Notes: generated from the sequence alone by a model not told the origin. Positions 9,984 to 18,965 are shown, counted from the first letter of the stretch. The stretch: 64,000 nucleotides of DNA from an uncultured Candidatus Saccharibacteria bacterium (GCA_964559765.1 CAZLHU010000001.1:148164-212163); one strand, 5' to 3'. Made by a program: numbers and translations.

Positions 9984-11288
9984 ATGACAGCTCCAGTGGA
10001 AGCGGGCCACCGCGACGAATTCAAGATCGAACGTTGGGAGCCTATGCCCCTCAACGAGGTCGGCCGTCGCCTTGAAACGGCGATAAAAAATAACGCGCCG
10101 ACGACCGACGTCGCCAGTATTATTTTCTCTTCAGCATCGGCGCTGAAGGCTTCCGACATACACTTCGAAGCAGAACAAGAACAGGCGCTGCTGCGCTTCA
10201 GGTTGGATGGCTTGCTGTATGATATATCGCGTTTCGACAAGAAAATTTACGAATCCCTATTGAACCGCATAAAATTAGTCTCCGGATTGAAGCTGAATGT
10301 TATCAGTACCCCGCAGGACGGTCGCTTCACAGTGAAGCGGGACAACGCCGACATCGAGGTGAGGGTGTCAACGATCCCCTCGGAATACGGCGAAACAGCG
10401 GTGCTTCGTTTGTTGGATCCGAGCGCAGTAGCTTTGAAGTTGGTTGATTTAGGGTTGAGGTCGGATGACCTGGACCTAGCGAACACCGAGCTCAAGAAGC
10501 CCAATGGGATGGTCCTGGTGACCGGGCCGACCGGCAGCGGCAAGACGACGACGCTATATGCATTCTTGAAAGAGGTCCACACCTCGGAACTTAAGTCGAT
10601 CACCATCGAAGACCCTATTGAATATCACCTTGCCGGCATAGAGCAGACGCAAGTCGACACCGAAAGAGGTTATACATTCGCCGCCGGCCTCCGCTCTATT
10701 CTCCGCCAAGACCCGGACATAATCCTGGTCGGAGAGATACGCGACTTGGAGACGGCGGAGACCGCCATACACGCGGCTTTGACGGGCCACGTGGTCTTCT
10801 CGACGCTGCACACCAACGATGCCGTCGGCGCGATACCGAGACTGGTGGATATGGGGACGAAATTGTCGACAATAGCCCCGGCCCTGAACCTCGTAGTCGC
10901 CCAAAGGCTAGTCCGCAAACTATGCGATGCGTGCAAGATGGAGATCTCTCCCGATGCGGCGCTTAAGGCGAACATAGACAAATTCATATCCGGTCTGCCA
11001 GCCAGAGTCTCAAGGGATAATATAAAAATTAAACTGTACAGCCCGAAGGGCTGCGATAAATGCAATAACGGATATACCGGAAGAATCGGGGTTTTCGAGC
11101 TGCTCCAGGTCAACGATGAACTGGAAGGAGTAATTGCTCGCGACTCCACCGAAGAGGCTATACGCAAATTCGCAAAGAGTAAGGGAATGGTTGGGCTTCA
11201 AGCCGACGGTATACTGAAAACACTCGCTGGTATTACCACCCTGGATGAGGTAGAACGTATAACAGGACCTATTGAGTGGACCTACTGA
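9984..11288 (+). CDS. GspE/PilB-family secretion/pilus ATPase lacking the N-terminal domain
   Basis: 'ASDIHFE', 'PQDGR', 'GPTGSGKTTTLY', 'TIEDPIEY', 'LRQDPD', 'STLHTN', two CxxC. Start set at ATG 9984, 7 nt after TATTAT. Confidence 0.92.
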   Translation: MTAPVEAGHRDEFKIERWEPMPLNEVGRRLETAIKNNAPTTDVASIIFSSASALKASDIHFEAEQEQALLRFRLDGLLYDISRFDKKIYESLLNRIKLVSGLKLNVISTPQDGRFTVKRDNADIEVRVSTIPSEYGETAVLRLLDPSAVALKLVDLGLRSDDLDLANTELKKPNGMVLVTGPTGSGKTTTLYAFLKEVHTSELKSITIEDPIEYHLAGIEQTQVDTERGYTFAAGLRSILRQDPDIILVGEIRDLETAETAIHAALTGHVVFSTLHTNDAVGAIPRLVDMGTKLSTIAPALNLVVAQRLVRKLCDACKMEISPDAALKANIDKFISGLPARVSRDNIKIKLYSPKGCDKCNNGYTGRIGVFELLQVNDELEGVIARDSTEEAIRKFAKSKGMVGLQADGILKTLAGITTLDEVERITGPIEWTY

Positions 11289-11303
11289 GGCCTTTTACAA
11301 GCA

Positions 11304-11465
11304 ACAAAAAAAGACGTAGGTCTGCGGGCACTTTGCTTGGGGAAGCGTTCTTTCCGAATTAACAGAAAGAATTTAGAATTTGTCTTGGGGGTAGACCCAG
11401 CCGGAGCCAAGTCGCCCTAAACCTCGATAAATTCGCTGCCCGCAGGCCTACGTCTTCTTAATGAT
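11304..11465 (-). ncRNA. Candidate structured ncRNA, 6S-RNA-like
   Basis: Minus-strand promoter TTGACA-17-TATAAA; 20-bp closing stem (11311-11330 with 11437-11456); internal stems; U-tract end; no ATG-initiated ORF. Confidence 0.6.
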
Positions 11466-11471
11466 TGATTA

Positions 11472-11500
11472 TTTATAACACAAGGAAGATTATTTGTCAA
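11472..11500 (-). promoter_or_regulatory. Near-consensus sigma70 promoter
   Basis: TTGACA (11500-11495), 17-nt spacer ending in TGT, then TATAAA (11477-11472). Confidence 0.75.
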
Positions 11501-11501
11501 T

Positions 11502-12518
11502 ATGCCGCACAAAGAGAGGGTAAAACCTGTTGATAACCCAGAAGAGGATCAGAACATCGATTCTCTCCTTAGACCGACCACTTGGGCCGAATATATCGGC
11601 CAGGAGCACGTAAAAAAGAACCTAAAAGTCATTATTGAAGCGGCCCGCAAGCGCGGCGAGCCGGTAGATCACCTGCTATTCTACGGGCAGGCTGGGCTGG
11701 GAAAGACCACCCTGGCCAGGCTTGTGGCCCGCGAGATGTCCTCCCCTCTTAAGACGACGTCCGGTCCAGCCATCGAGAAGACGGGGGACTTGGCTGCGGT
11801 GCTTTCCAATCTAGAGGCCAATGATATCTTATTCATCGACGAGGCCCATCGGTTGAATCGTATGATCGAGGAGGTACTTTATCCGGCGATGGAATCGCGC
11901 AAGCTGCACATAGTCATAGGTAAGGGCGCGGGCGCAAGGACTGTCTCAATAGATCTTCCGCCGTTTACATTGATTGCGGCGACAACCCGAGTGAATCTTC
12001 TTTCAGAACCATTGCGTTCAAGGTTCGGCGCGATACTCCGCCTAGATTATTACGACAACAAGGACATTGAATTGATATTGGAACGTTCCGCGCGGATATT
12101 GGATGTCCCCATAACCAAGGAAGCCATTGAGGTGATAGCTAAAGCGTCCCGTTTCACTCCTCGCGTGGCAAACCGACTTTTGAAGCGGGCTAGGGACTAC
12201 ATCCAGGTTAAGAAAAAGGATTCAATCGACGAAGAGGCGGCCAGATTGACGATGGAGATGTTGGATATAGACAAGCTTGGGTTGGAGGCGCACGATCGAC
12301 AACTGCTGATGATTATCATCGACAAGTTCGGCGGAGGCCCGGTCGGAATAGGGACCCTTGCTGCGGCTCTCAATGAAGACAGGGGCGCAATCGAAGACGT
12401 GTATGAGCCATACCTTTTGAAGTTGGGTCTTATACGCAGAACCCCCGCCGGGAGGGTCGCGGAATTATTGGCCTACGAACACCTTGGACGCAAACCCAAA
12501 GGAGGCGAGCTTTTATAG
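11502..12518 (+). CDS. ruvB: Holliday junction branch migration helicase RuvB
   Basis: 'LRPTTWAEYIGQ', 'GQAGLGKTTLA', 'LFIDEAHR', 'PLRSRFG', 'EDVYEPYL', 'RTPAGR'. Confidence 0.97.
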   Translation: MPHKERVKPVDNPEEDQNIDSLLRPTTWAEYIGQEHVKKNLKVIIEAARKRGEPVDHLLFYGQAGLGKTTLARLVAREMSSPLKTTSGPAIEKTGDLAAVLSNLEANDILFIDEAHRLNRMIEEVLYPAMESRKLHIVIGKGAGARTVSIDLPPFTLIAATTRVNLLSEPLRSRFGAILRLDYYDNKDIELILERSARILDVPITKEAIEVIAKASRFTPRVANRLLKRARDYIQVKKKDSIDEEAARLTMEMLDIDKLGLEAHDRQLLMIIIDKFGGGPVGIGTLAAALNEDRGAIEDVYEPYLLKLGLIRRTPAGRVAELLAYEHLGRKPKGGELL

Positions 12519-12540
12519 TTATTTGACCGAGGGCGCATAT

Positions 12541-12993
12541 ATGAAACCGACCATTATTAAAACAGATAACGTTAGGCGAACGTCTATGGTAGCTAAGGCA
12601 TTTGCCGATGAGATTTTAAAGACCAAACCATCAAAGAAGGCCGTGGTTATTGGGCTTTCTGGGGATCTTGGCGCTGGCAAGACCACTTTTGTTAAGGCGT
12701 TTGTGCGCGGGCTCGGAATGAGAAAGAAAATAATAAGCCCCACGTTCGTGCTCATGCGCAACTTCCCGATCAAAGGACCGTATCGCAGGATATATCACAT
12801 TGATGCCTACCGCATCAGCGACGCCGGGATGAAACAATTGGGGATGAAAAAAGTTATGGACGACCCGGAGAATATAGTCGTCATTGAATGGGCGGATAGG
12901 GTGAAAAAATCTTTACCTCACGATACGATATACATAAACATCAAACACGGCGACAAGCACAATGAACGACACTTTACTTTTAATAGACGCTAA
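12541..12993 (+). CDS. tsaE: tRNA t6A biosynthesis ATPase TsaE
   Basis: 'LSGDLGAGKTTF', 'SPTF', 'HIDAYR', 'IEWAD'. Confidence 0.95.
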   Translation: MKPTIIKTDNVRRTSMVAKAFADEILKTKPSKKAVVIGLSGDLGAGKTTFVKAFVRGLGMRKKIISPTFVLMRNFPIKGPYRRIYHIDAYRISDAGMKQLGMKKVMDDPENIVVIEWADRVKKSLPHDTIYINIKHGDKHNERHFTFNRR

Positions 12994-13876
12994 CTCGTTG
13001 ATACACCGTGCCTTTCATGCCCTGCCGCCGCTTACATCCCCTGACGGGAAGCCCGCGGGGGCCTTGTATGGGGTGTCGAGTATTCTACTGAAGATTTTCA
13101 AAGAGGGTCCGACCGGACAGGGCCCAGCTGGATACATAGCCGCTGCCTTCGATCGGCAGGAACCAACATTCCGCGAAAAGGAATATAAGGAATATAAGAT
13201 CACACGCGCCCCGACCGCGACCGAGCTGGTCTCACAGCTGATTGAGTGCAGGGAATTATTCAAAACATTCGGCATAAAGACCTTCGAGTTCCCCGGCTTC
13301 GAGGCCGACGACATAGTCTTTGCTCTTGCTCAGAAATTTTCCGCAAAGGGATTGAAGGTATTTATCCTTTCTGGAGACAGGGATCTTCTGCAGGCAGTCG
13401 ATGACAATAAAATCCAAGTGATCATGCCGCAACGGGGAATATCGGACATATTGATCTACGATGAAATATCTGTGATGGGTAAATTCGGAGTATCGCCGAA
13501 ACAGTTCGCAGATTATAAGGGATTGGTGGGTGACACTTCCGACAATATACCAGGCGTTCCGGGGATAGGACCCAAGACAGCGACTAATTTGATAGGCGAA
13601 TATAAATCACTCGAAGGGCTCTATGAAGAGGTTGATGGGGTGGGTTTAGTTAACGTCAAAATGCAGGAGAAGCTTAAAACATATAGGGAACAAGCCTTTC
13701 TTTCGAAGCGTCTGGCTACGTTGAATAAAGATGTGCCGTTGAACGTATCGCTCGACGACCTTAGATTCAAGCTGCCTTCATATGAGAGCTTGTCAGTATA
13801 TTTCGATAAATTCGGATTCAAGACCCTGCTCGAACGTTTTCAGCGATATTCTTCGGATCAGCATCCCGAGGAGTAA
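12962..13876 (+). CDS. Stand-alone 5'-3' exonuclease (PolI N-terminal/FEN domain)
   Basis: 'LIDANSLIHRAFHA', 'EADD', 'SGDRDL', 'GDTSDNIPGVPGIGPKTA'; no polymerase domain. Confidence 0.93.
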   Translation: MNDTLLLIDANSLIHRAFHALPPLTSPDGKPAGALYGVSSILLKIFKEGPTGQGPAGYIAAAFDRQEPTFREKEYKEYKITRAPTATELVSQLIECRELFKTFGIKTFEFPGFEADDIVFALAQKFSAKGLKVFILSGDRDLLQAVDDNKIQVIMPQRGISDILIYDEISVMGKFGVSPKQFADYKGLVGDTSDNIPGVPGIGPKTATNLIGEYKSLEGLYEEVDGVGLVNVKMQEKLKTYREQAFLSKRLATLNKDVPLNVSLDDLRFKLPSYESLSVYFDKFGFKTLLERFQRYSSDQHPEE

Positions 13877-13911
13877 TGCTATATAGTCGAAACTGATTTA
13901 TAATTTCTTTT

Positions 13912-15252
13912 ATGGACACAAAGCCATCTGGAAATAAACGACCATATATCCTGTTCCCAGAAATGCGTTCGCTTTGGCTGTTCGCGGCCATAGCAGTCGC
14001 AATTATTGTAGTCGCCTTTATATATATGCCCATCCTATGGGCCTCTATAAGTTTGGTGGCGTTAGTCGCCCTCGGCGTCGTCGTGTTTTGGGGCGACCTT
14101 TCTTTGGTCAAATCCGATCTGGAATTTAAATATTCATCCAGGCGCATTGATGGTATCATGTCCAACTTAACCGACGGGATAATAGCCTACGATAATGATT
14201 TTAAAATAACGGTATTTAATCCTGCGGCCGCTAACATATTTAGTCTTAAGGCGGAATCTGTGATCGGAAAGATTATCAGCCCAGAGAAGGCGCAGGACGT
14301 ATATTTTAGGCTGCTTACCCAGGTTATATTTCCCTCGCTGGCCCCTGTCGTGCAGGCCCGTTCTGAATCCGGCGTTTACCCGCAGGTTCTGGATTTGTCA
14401 TTCACCGATCCAAACGTCGAGCTTAGGGTGTCTACTGACCGCGTGACTGATGAAAATGGCGCAGTCGTCGGCTTCATAAAGATAGTCCACGACAAGACTC
14501 GTGAGATAGAGATCGCCCAATCAAAGTCGGAATTTATAACCGTTGCGGCTCATCAGCTCAGAACTCCGCTGACCGGAGTGCATTGGACGTTTGAGGCGCT
14601 TAACAGCTCCACCAATAACATCGCGCCCGCAGACAAAGAATTGATAGTTAACGGGCTTACCTTGTCCAATAAACTGCTCAAAATAGTGAATGACCTTCTT
14701 GATGTTTCCAAGATCGAAGAGGGGCGCTTTGGGTATAGCTTTGCGAATGTGAACCTAGTCGACTTTATGTCCGAAATCCTGGGCAATGCCAATATTATGG
14801 CCAAGCAATACGGAATAAATCTTTATTTTGACAGAGGCGCTGATCCGTCGGTATTGGTCTACATAGACGCCTCAAAATTGAGCATCGCTTTTTCTAATAT
14901 AATAGACAATGCCATCAAATATAACGTAAAAAATGGCTCTGTTACTGTAAGAATTGGGCCTGTGCCGAACCAACCGTACGTTCAGGTCAGTATAGAAGAT
15001 ACGGGAGTCGGCATACCGCAGGAGGCCATGAGTAAATTATTCACCAAGTTCTTCCGCGCAGAAAACGTCGTTAAGTTCCAAACCGAAGGCACCGGCCTGG
15101 GTTTATACATAACAAAGAATATAATCAAACGCCACGGCGGGACAATCTCTGCGGAATCGGCCATAGGTAGGGGCAGCAAGTTCTTTATAAATCTTCCCAC
15201 TGACCCGAAACTCGTTCCGCCAACTGAGACCGGAGTGACTGAAGAGATATGA
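13912..15252 (+). CDS. Membrane sensor histidine kinase with PAS domain (WalK/PhoR-like)
   Basis: Two TM helices, PAS 'DGII...FNPAA', H-box 'AAHQLRTPLT', 'NIIDNAIKY', 'DTGVGI', 'GTGLGL'. Confidence 0.93.
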   Translation: MDTKPSGNKRPYILFPEMRSLWLFAAIAVAIIVVAFIYMPILWASISLVALVALGVVVFWGDLSLVKSDLEFKYSSRRIDGIMSNLTDGIIAYDNDFKITVFNPAAANIFSLKAESVIGKIISPEKAQDVYFRLLTQVIFPSLAPVVQARSESGVYPQVLDLSFTDPNVELRVSTDRVTDENGAVVGFIKIVHDKTREIEIAQSKSEFITVAAHQLRTPLTGVHWTFEALNSSTNNIAPADKELIVNGLTLSNKLLKIVNDLLDVSKIEEGRFGYSFANVNLVDFMSEILGNANIMAKQYGINLYFDRGADPSVLVYIDASKLSIAFSNIIDNAIKYNVKNGSVTVRIGPVPNQPYVQVSIEDTGVGIPQEAMSKLFTKFFRAENVVKFQTEGTGLGLYITKNIIKRHGGTISAESAIGRGSKFFINLPTDPKLVPPTETGVTEEI

Positions 15253-16028
15253 TAATATTTTTGTCCGGCCCCGACTCGTATCGGCGCACAATAAAAGAAA
15301 AAGAGATAGTAGAAGCCTATCGCAAGAAACACGGCTCGATTTCTGATGATAGGTTTGATTTCAGCCAGGATTCTGAGATCGAGGATCTGGAGGGATTTCT
15401 GATGAATAGCTCTATGTTTGATGCGAATAAATTAGCGATAGTCGAATCCCCCTCTAAGGCTCCAGCGGCCAAGTTGGCGAAGATATTCAAATCCCACTTA
15501 AAAGACGACCCCAAAACCACAATCCTCATCATATCTGATAATGAACCAACAGTTGCATTCAAATTCCTAAAAGAAAAGCCGGCCATATATCAAGATTTCC
15601 CCTTATTAGCTGGCAAGGCTTTGGACGCTTTCATTCAGATCGAAGCTGTCCGAAGGGGGTTAAAACTTAATTTAGATACGGTCCAAAAGCTCGCTCAGGC
15701 GTTTGAGGGAGACTCTTGGAGTGTCGTAACTGAATTAGATAAGCTGGAATTTATGGGCAAGCAACCCCTGGATCTAGAAAAGCCAGCTCCGGAATATTTT
15801 GAGCTGGTCAATACTTTAAAATATAGTCACGACATAAGATCTAAGATCGTCGCGTTGGAATCTATTCTTAGCGATAGAAAGGATGACGCCGCCAGAGTTT
15901 TCAATAGTATCGGTTATTGTTCGCGCGACCGGAGGGAGGCTGAATTGTTCGCAGACTACGACGTTTCGGTTAAATCCGGGAGACTGGATTACGAAGAGGT
16001 CTTATTGGATATAGCTCTGCGTTCATAA
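15249..16028 (+). CDS. holA: DNA polymerase III delta subunit (divergent)
   Basis: 'MIIFLSGPDSYR', 'SMFD..KL.IV', 'ELDKL'; adjacent to rpsT as in many bacteria. Confidence 0.75.
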   Translation: MIIFLSGPDSYRRTIKEKEIVEAYRKKHGSISDDRFDFSQDSEIEDLEGFLMNSSMFDANKLAIVESPSKAPAAKLAKIFKSHLKDDPKTTILIISDNEPTVAFKFLKEKPAIYQDFPLLAGKALDAFIQIEAVRRGLKLNLDTVQKLAQAFEGDSWSVVTELDKLEFMGKQPLDLEKPAPEYFELVNTLKYSHDIRSKIVALESILSDRKDDAARVFNSIGYCSRDRREAELFADYDVSVKSGRLDYEEVLLDIALRS

Positions 16029-16059
16029 CGCAATAAACCAACATAGAAAAAAGAGGCTT

Positions 16060-16314
16060 TTATTTGCCTCCTTTTTTTACCTTCTTAGCTAATCTAGATT
16101 TAAGCCTACTGGCTTTATTCGGCTTTATAATCTTAGCCTTAGAGGCCTTATCCAGGGCCTTATAAACGATATTAAGATCTGCTGCCGTTCCCTTCACTAC
16201 GGAACGTTCATAGTTCCTAATAATGGTTTTTAGGTTGTCTTTACGCGCATTGTTCTTGACCCTGCGGCGGACGTTTTTCCTGGCTTCCTTTTTCGCTGTT
16301 TTTGTTCTAGGCAT
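16060..16314 (-). CDS. rpsT: 30S ribosomal protein S20
   Basis: 'TKTAKK..R', 'YKALDKA', 'NKASRLKSRL'. Confidence 0.95.
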   Translation of the reverse strand: MPRTKTAKKEARKNVRRRVKNNARKDNLKTIIRNYERSVVKGTAADLNIVYKALDKASKAKIIKPNKASRLKSRLAKKVKKGGK

Positions 16315-16420
16315 CGGAGGCTATTATTGCATTTATGTTTATTATTATCAAGTTCTAGATTTTATAATCTGATTCCTAAACCAATATTAGGTTTAAATAA
16401 CATTTATGGCTTAAATATGA

Positions 16421-16853
16421 AATCGGCAATCAATTGCCGATTGCCGATTTAGGTTTTATCTGCTTTACGGATAAACCAATAAAACCGAATCAAATTAAGT
16501 TTATTGCCAATTATAAAGTTTCACGCCAAACAATGCACATGTAAACATTGTTTATCAGCGAACAAATAAATCTAAATAGTTCTTCACAATTAAAAATTGT
16601 AATCAATCAGATCCATTATGTTTGTTCTACGCCAAACATAATATTTACTGAATATCAGAATGCTTAATATTTATCGAATTATGTGACTTATCCTAGTTGT
16701 TGGTGTTTTACGGATATTGGGTTTAGTTGTTTCACGCCAAACGAACCAAATATAATTTATACAAAAACGTCGTATTTATGCGGTTACCTGGCTACTCTAT
16801 TTTTAAGATGTTTTACAATTGTTTCACAGTATTTGTTTTACAAATGTTTCACA
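16421..16853. repeat. AT-rich non-coding region with repeated TGTT(T/C)-type motifs and inverted repeats
   Basis: 16-mers at 16517, 16549, 16623 and 16728; 20-nt direct repeat at 16809/16834; AATCGGCAAT inverted repeat 16421-16442. Confidence 0.7.
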
Positions 16854-16970
16854 CGGTTAAATGTGCCCCTAAAGCCTTTTGGGCAAAATAGTTATCAACT
16901 TAGACCATTATCGGTTACCTTTTAAATGTTAAAATTTATATTGATCTAATTAAGCATCAAAGCAAGAAAA

Positions 16971-17267
16971 ATGATAAAGACGGTCATAAAAAGAGACGGG
17001 AGCAGGGTCCCTTTTGATGAGGGAAAAATAAGGAGGGCTGTATTTGCTGCAGCGGTAGACGCGGGCCTTTCCAGGGACAATGCGCAGCTTGCTGCCGGCA
17101 GGGTATTAAACGCAGTGCTCCAATACACCAGCAATCAAGATGAGATATTTACATATGCTTTAAGAAATTTAGTTTTGGATGAATTGGATGAATTTGCGCC
17201 AATGGTCTCAAAGGCGTGGAGAGAGTTTAATCAAAAGGAGAAGAATGTTTCAGATGACGTGCTGTAG
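16971..17267 (+). CDS. Stand-alone ATP-cone domain protein
   Basis: 'VIKRDGSRVPFDEGKIRRAV' ATP-cone signature; 98 aa. Confidence 0.85.
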   Translation: MIKTVIKRDGSRVPFDEGKIRRAVFAAAVDAGLSRDNAQLAAGRVLNAVLQYTSNQDEIFTYALRNLVLDELDEFAPMVSKAWREFNQKEKNVSDDVL

Positions 17268-17278
17268 GAAACGAATAA

Positions 17279-17725
17279 ATGAAACTATCTAGCCGAGCGT
17301 TCAAAGACGGGCAATCAATACCAATCAGACATACTTGCGACGGGAAGGACTCGAGTCCCCCGCTGGAGATAGAAAACGTGCCGTCAGCGGCAAAAAGCCT
17401 AGTTCTTGTAATGGATGATCCAGACTCGCCTTCCGGCACATTTCTACACTGGATGTTATGGAATATCGATCCTGGAACCATAGGGATACCCGAAGGGATG
17501 AGTCCGCCACGAGCCGCACAAGGAATTAATGATTTTGGGAGTGCGGGTTACGGAGGCCCTTGTCCCAACCACGGCGAACATAAATATAGGTTCAAATTAT
17601 ATGCCTTGGATGCGACTCTGAATCTTAAGCCGTCTATTAAAAAGGAGGACTTGGAAATAGCGATGGAAGGACATATCTGCGGCCAGGCCGAGCTGGCTGG
17701 GTTCTATAAAAGAAAAGGGCAATAA
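17279..17725 (+). CDS. YbhB/YbcL (PEBP/RKIP) family protein
   Basis: 'TCDG...SPPL', 'DDPDSP', 'FLHW', 'GYGGPCP', 'H.YRFKLYALD'. Confidence 0.93.
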   Translation: MKLSSRAFKDGQSIPIRHTCDGKDSSPPLEIENVPSAAKSLVLVMDDPDSPSGTFLHWMLWNIDPGTIGIPEGMSPPRAAQGINDFGSAGYGGPCPNHGEHKYRFKLYALDATLNLKPSIKKEDLEIAMEGHICGQAELAGFYKRKGQ

Positions 17726-17740
17726 CTAGAAAACTCATAA

Positions 17741-18271
17741 ATGACCCATAGAATTTTCATCGCCTTACCAATTTCAGACCGCCTGCAAAAAGAAATCATA
17801 CAATGGGAAAGCAGCCTACCTGATTTATCTGTGAGATATCTTAAGGGCAGAAACCTACACGTGACCCTTGTTCCCCCATGGTACACAGAGAATCTGAGCG
17901 AACTAGGGGCCTTGCTTAAGGACCAAGCCTCCAAGTATGGGAGATTTAATATAAGCTTCGACACCGTGTCTTTTGGTCCAAACACCTATCAACCGCGTCT
18001 AATTTGGGCCACGGGAAAAGCCTCTGCGGACATATTTGATTTGCGAAGAAAACTCGCCGAAGCATTCGGCCAAAGCGAGGGAATTAAGCCATTCCGAACG
18101 CATCTTACATTGGCCAGGTTTAAACCCGAGGCCTTCTCTGTATTCCCGGTGAGTAGATTAGATGAAAAGATAGATTGGAAAGAGGAAGTGGATTCAATTG
18201 TGATAATGGAGTCCCATCAATCCGAAGAGGGGACGGATTATGAAATTATTGCCAAGGCGCCATTCAAATAA
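17741..18271 (+). CDS. thpR: RNA 2',3'-cyclic phosphodiesterase (2H family)
   Basis: 'RIFIAL', HVTL and HLTL motifs, 'PRLIW'. Confidence 0.9.
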   Translation: MTHRIFIALPISDRLQKEIIQWESSLPDLSVRYLKGRNLHVTLVPPWYTENLSELGALLKDQASKYGRFNISFDTVSFGPNTYQPRLIWATGKASADIFDLRRKLAEAFGQSEGIKPFRTHLTLARFKPEAFSVFPVSRLDEKIDWKEEVDSIVIMESHQSEEGTDYEIIAKAPFK

Positions 18272-18449
18272 ATTTAATACCAAACAATAAATTCCGAGTC
18301 AGCTGTATTGACAAATTGAACTTTTTATGTCTTTTTTAGTAAATCCTCAATCAACTCAACGGAATAAATGATCAATCGCGTGACTAATAGCTTGAATAAG
18401 CCCCGTCTAATTGTTATAACCTCAACGGTTCCTTGATTTAGGAGGGAAT

Positions 18450-18716
18450 GTGAGATTAAGACCAGATCTCTATTACTCCTGCGAAAGAGGCAAGGCGGAC
18501 ATCGCCAAGATAAGGCGATTCTGCGCCAGAGTGGACTGCCCACATCTGCGGGTCAGGCCGAGGAAAAACTATCACCAAGAAAAAAGGAGAAGCGGCAATG
18601 GTGAAGAAGAAGACGACTTTCCACGTGTGTCCTGGCTGCGGCAAGGTCAAATACAAGGGCAGATTCCAGCCTGCGACCTACCAGCTTTCAACGTTCTTAA
18701 AAAGAGTCCTCGATAA
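18450..18716 (+). CDS. Small Cys/His-containing hypothetical protein
   Basis: GTG start after AGGAGG; promoter TTGAAT-17-TATAAC upstream; 3' part overlaps the next ORF. Confidence 0.45.
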   Translation: MRLRPDLYYSCERGKADIAKIRRFCARVDCPHLRVRPRKNYHQEKRRSGNGEEEDDFPRVSWLRQGQIQGQIPACDLPAFNVLKKSPR

Positions 18717-18771
18717 GGACATCAGGTTTATCGAGCTCATCCCCGAGAACTGCGGGAACTGCAAGATCTAG
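18598..18771 (+). CDS. 57-aa CxxC...CxxC zinc-ribbon-like protein (not in ORF track)
   Basis: MVKKKTTFHVCPGCGKVKYKGRFQPATYQLSTFLKRVLDKDIRFIELIPENCGNCKI*; AAGGAG upstream; terminator downstream. Confidence 0.75.
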   Translation: MVKKKTTFHVCPGCGKVKYKGRFQPATYQLSTFLKRVLDKDIRFIELIPENCGNCKI

Positions 18772-18790
18772 CACACCCACTTTAGTGGTT

Positions 18791-18818
18791 AAGAGAGGAG
18801 GAAACTCCTCTCTTTTTT
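18791..18818 (+). terminator. Intrinsic terminator
   Basis: AAGAGAGGAG-GAAA-CTCCTCTCTT followed by TTTT. Confidence 0.85.
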
Positions 18819-18836
18819 ACGAAAATATTTATTTTG

Positions 18837-18909
18837 TGGGCGCTGAGGGATTTGAACCCCCGGCTTCTTCCGTGTAAAGGAAGCACTCTGGCCACTGAGT
18901 TAAGCGCCC
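18837..18909 (-). tRNA. tRNA-Val(TAC)
   Basis: GGGCGCT acceptor stem, anticodon arm CTTCC-TT-TAC-AC-GGAAG, T-loop GTTCAAATC. Confidence 0.96.
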
Positions 18910-18965
18910 GTTATCCTTATAAATCCGAGAAATTTGACTGTAAAAGAAGCGGAGTTTATGGATAG

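Noticed and set aside
16315-16970. CRISPR array, or the 80-aa and 62-aa ORFs, in the AT-rich gap
   Set aside because: The repeats are short and degenerate with about 90-nt gaps, and no cas genes are present. The ORFs have no recognisable motifs and overlap the repeats or the ATP-cone gene.
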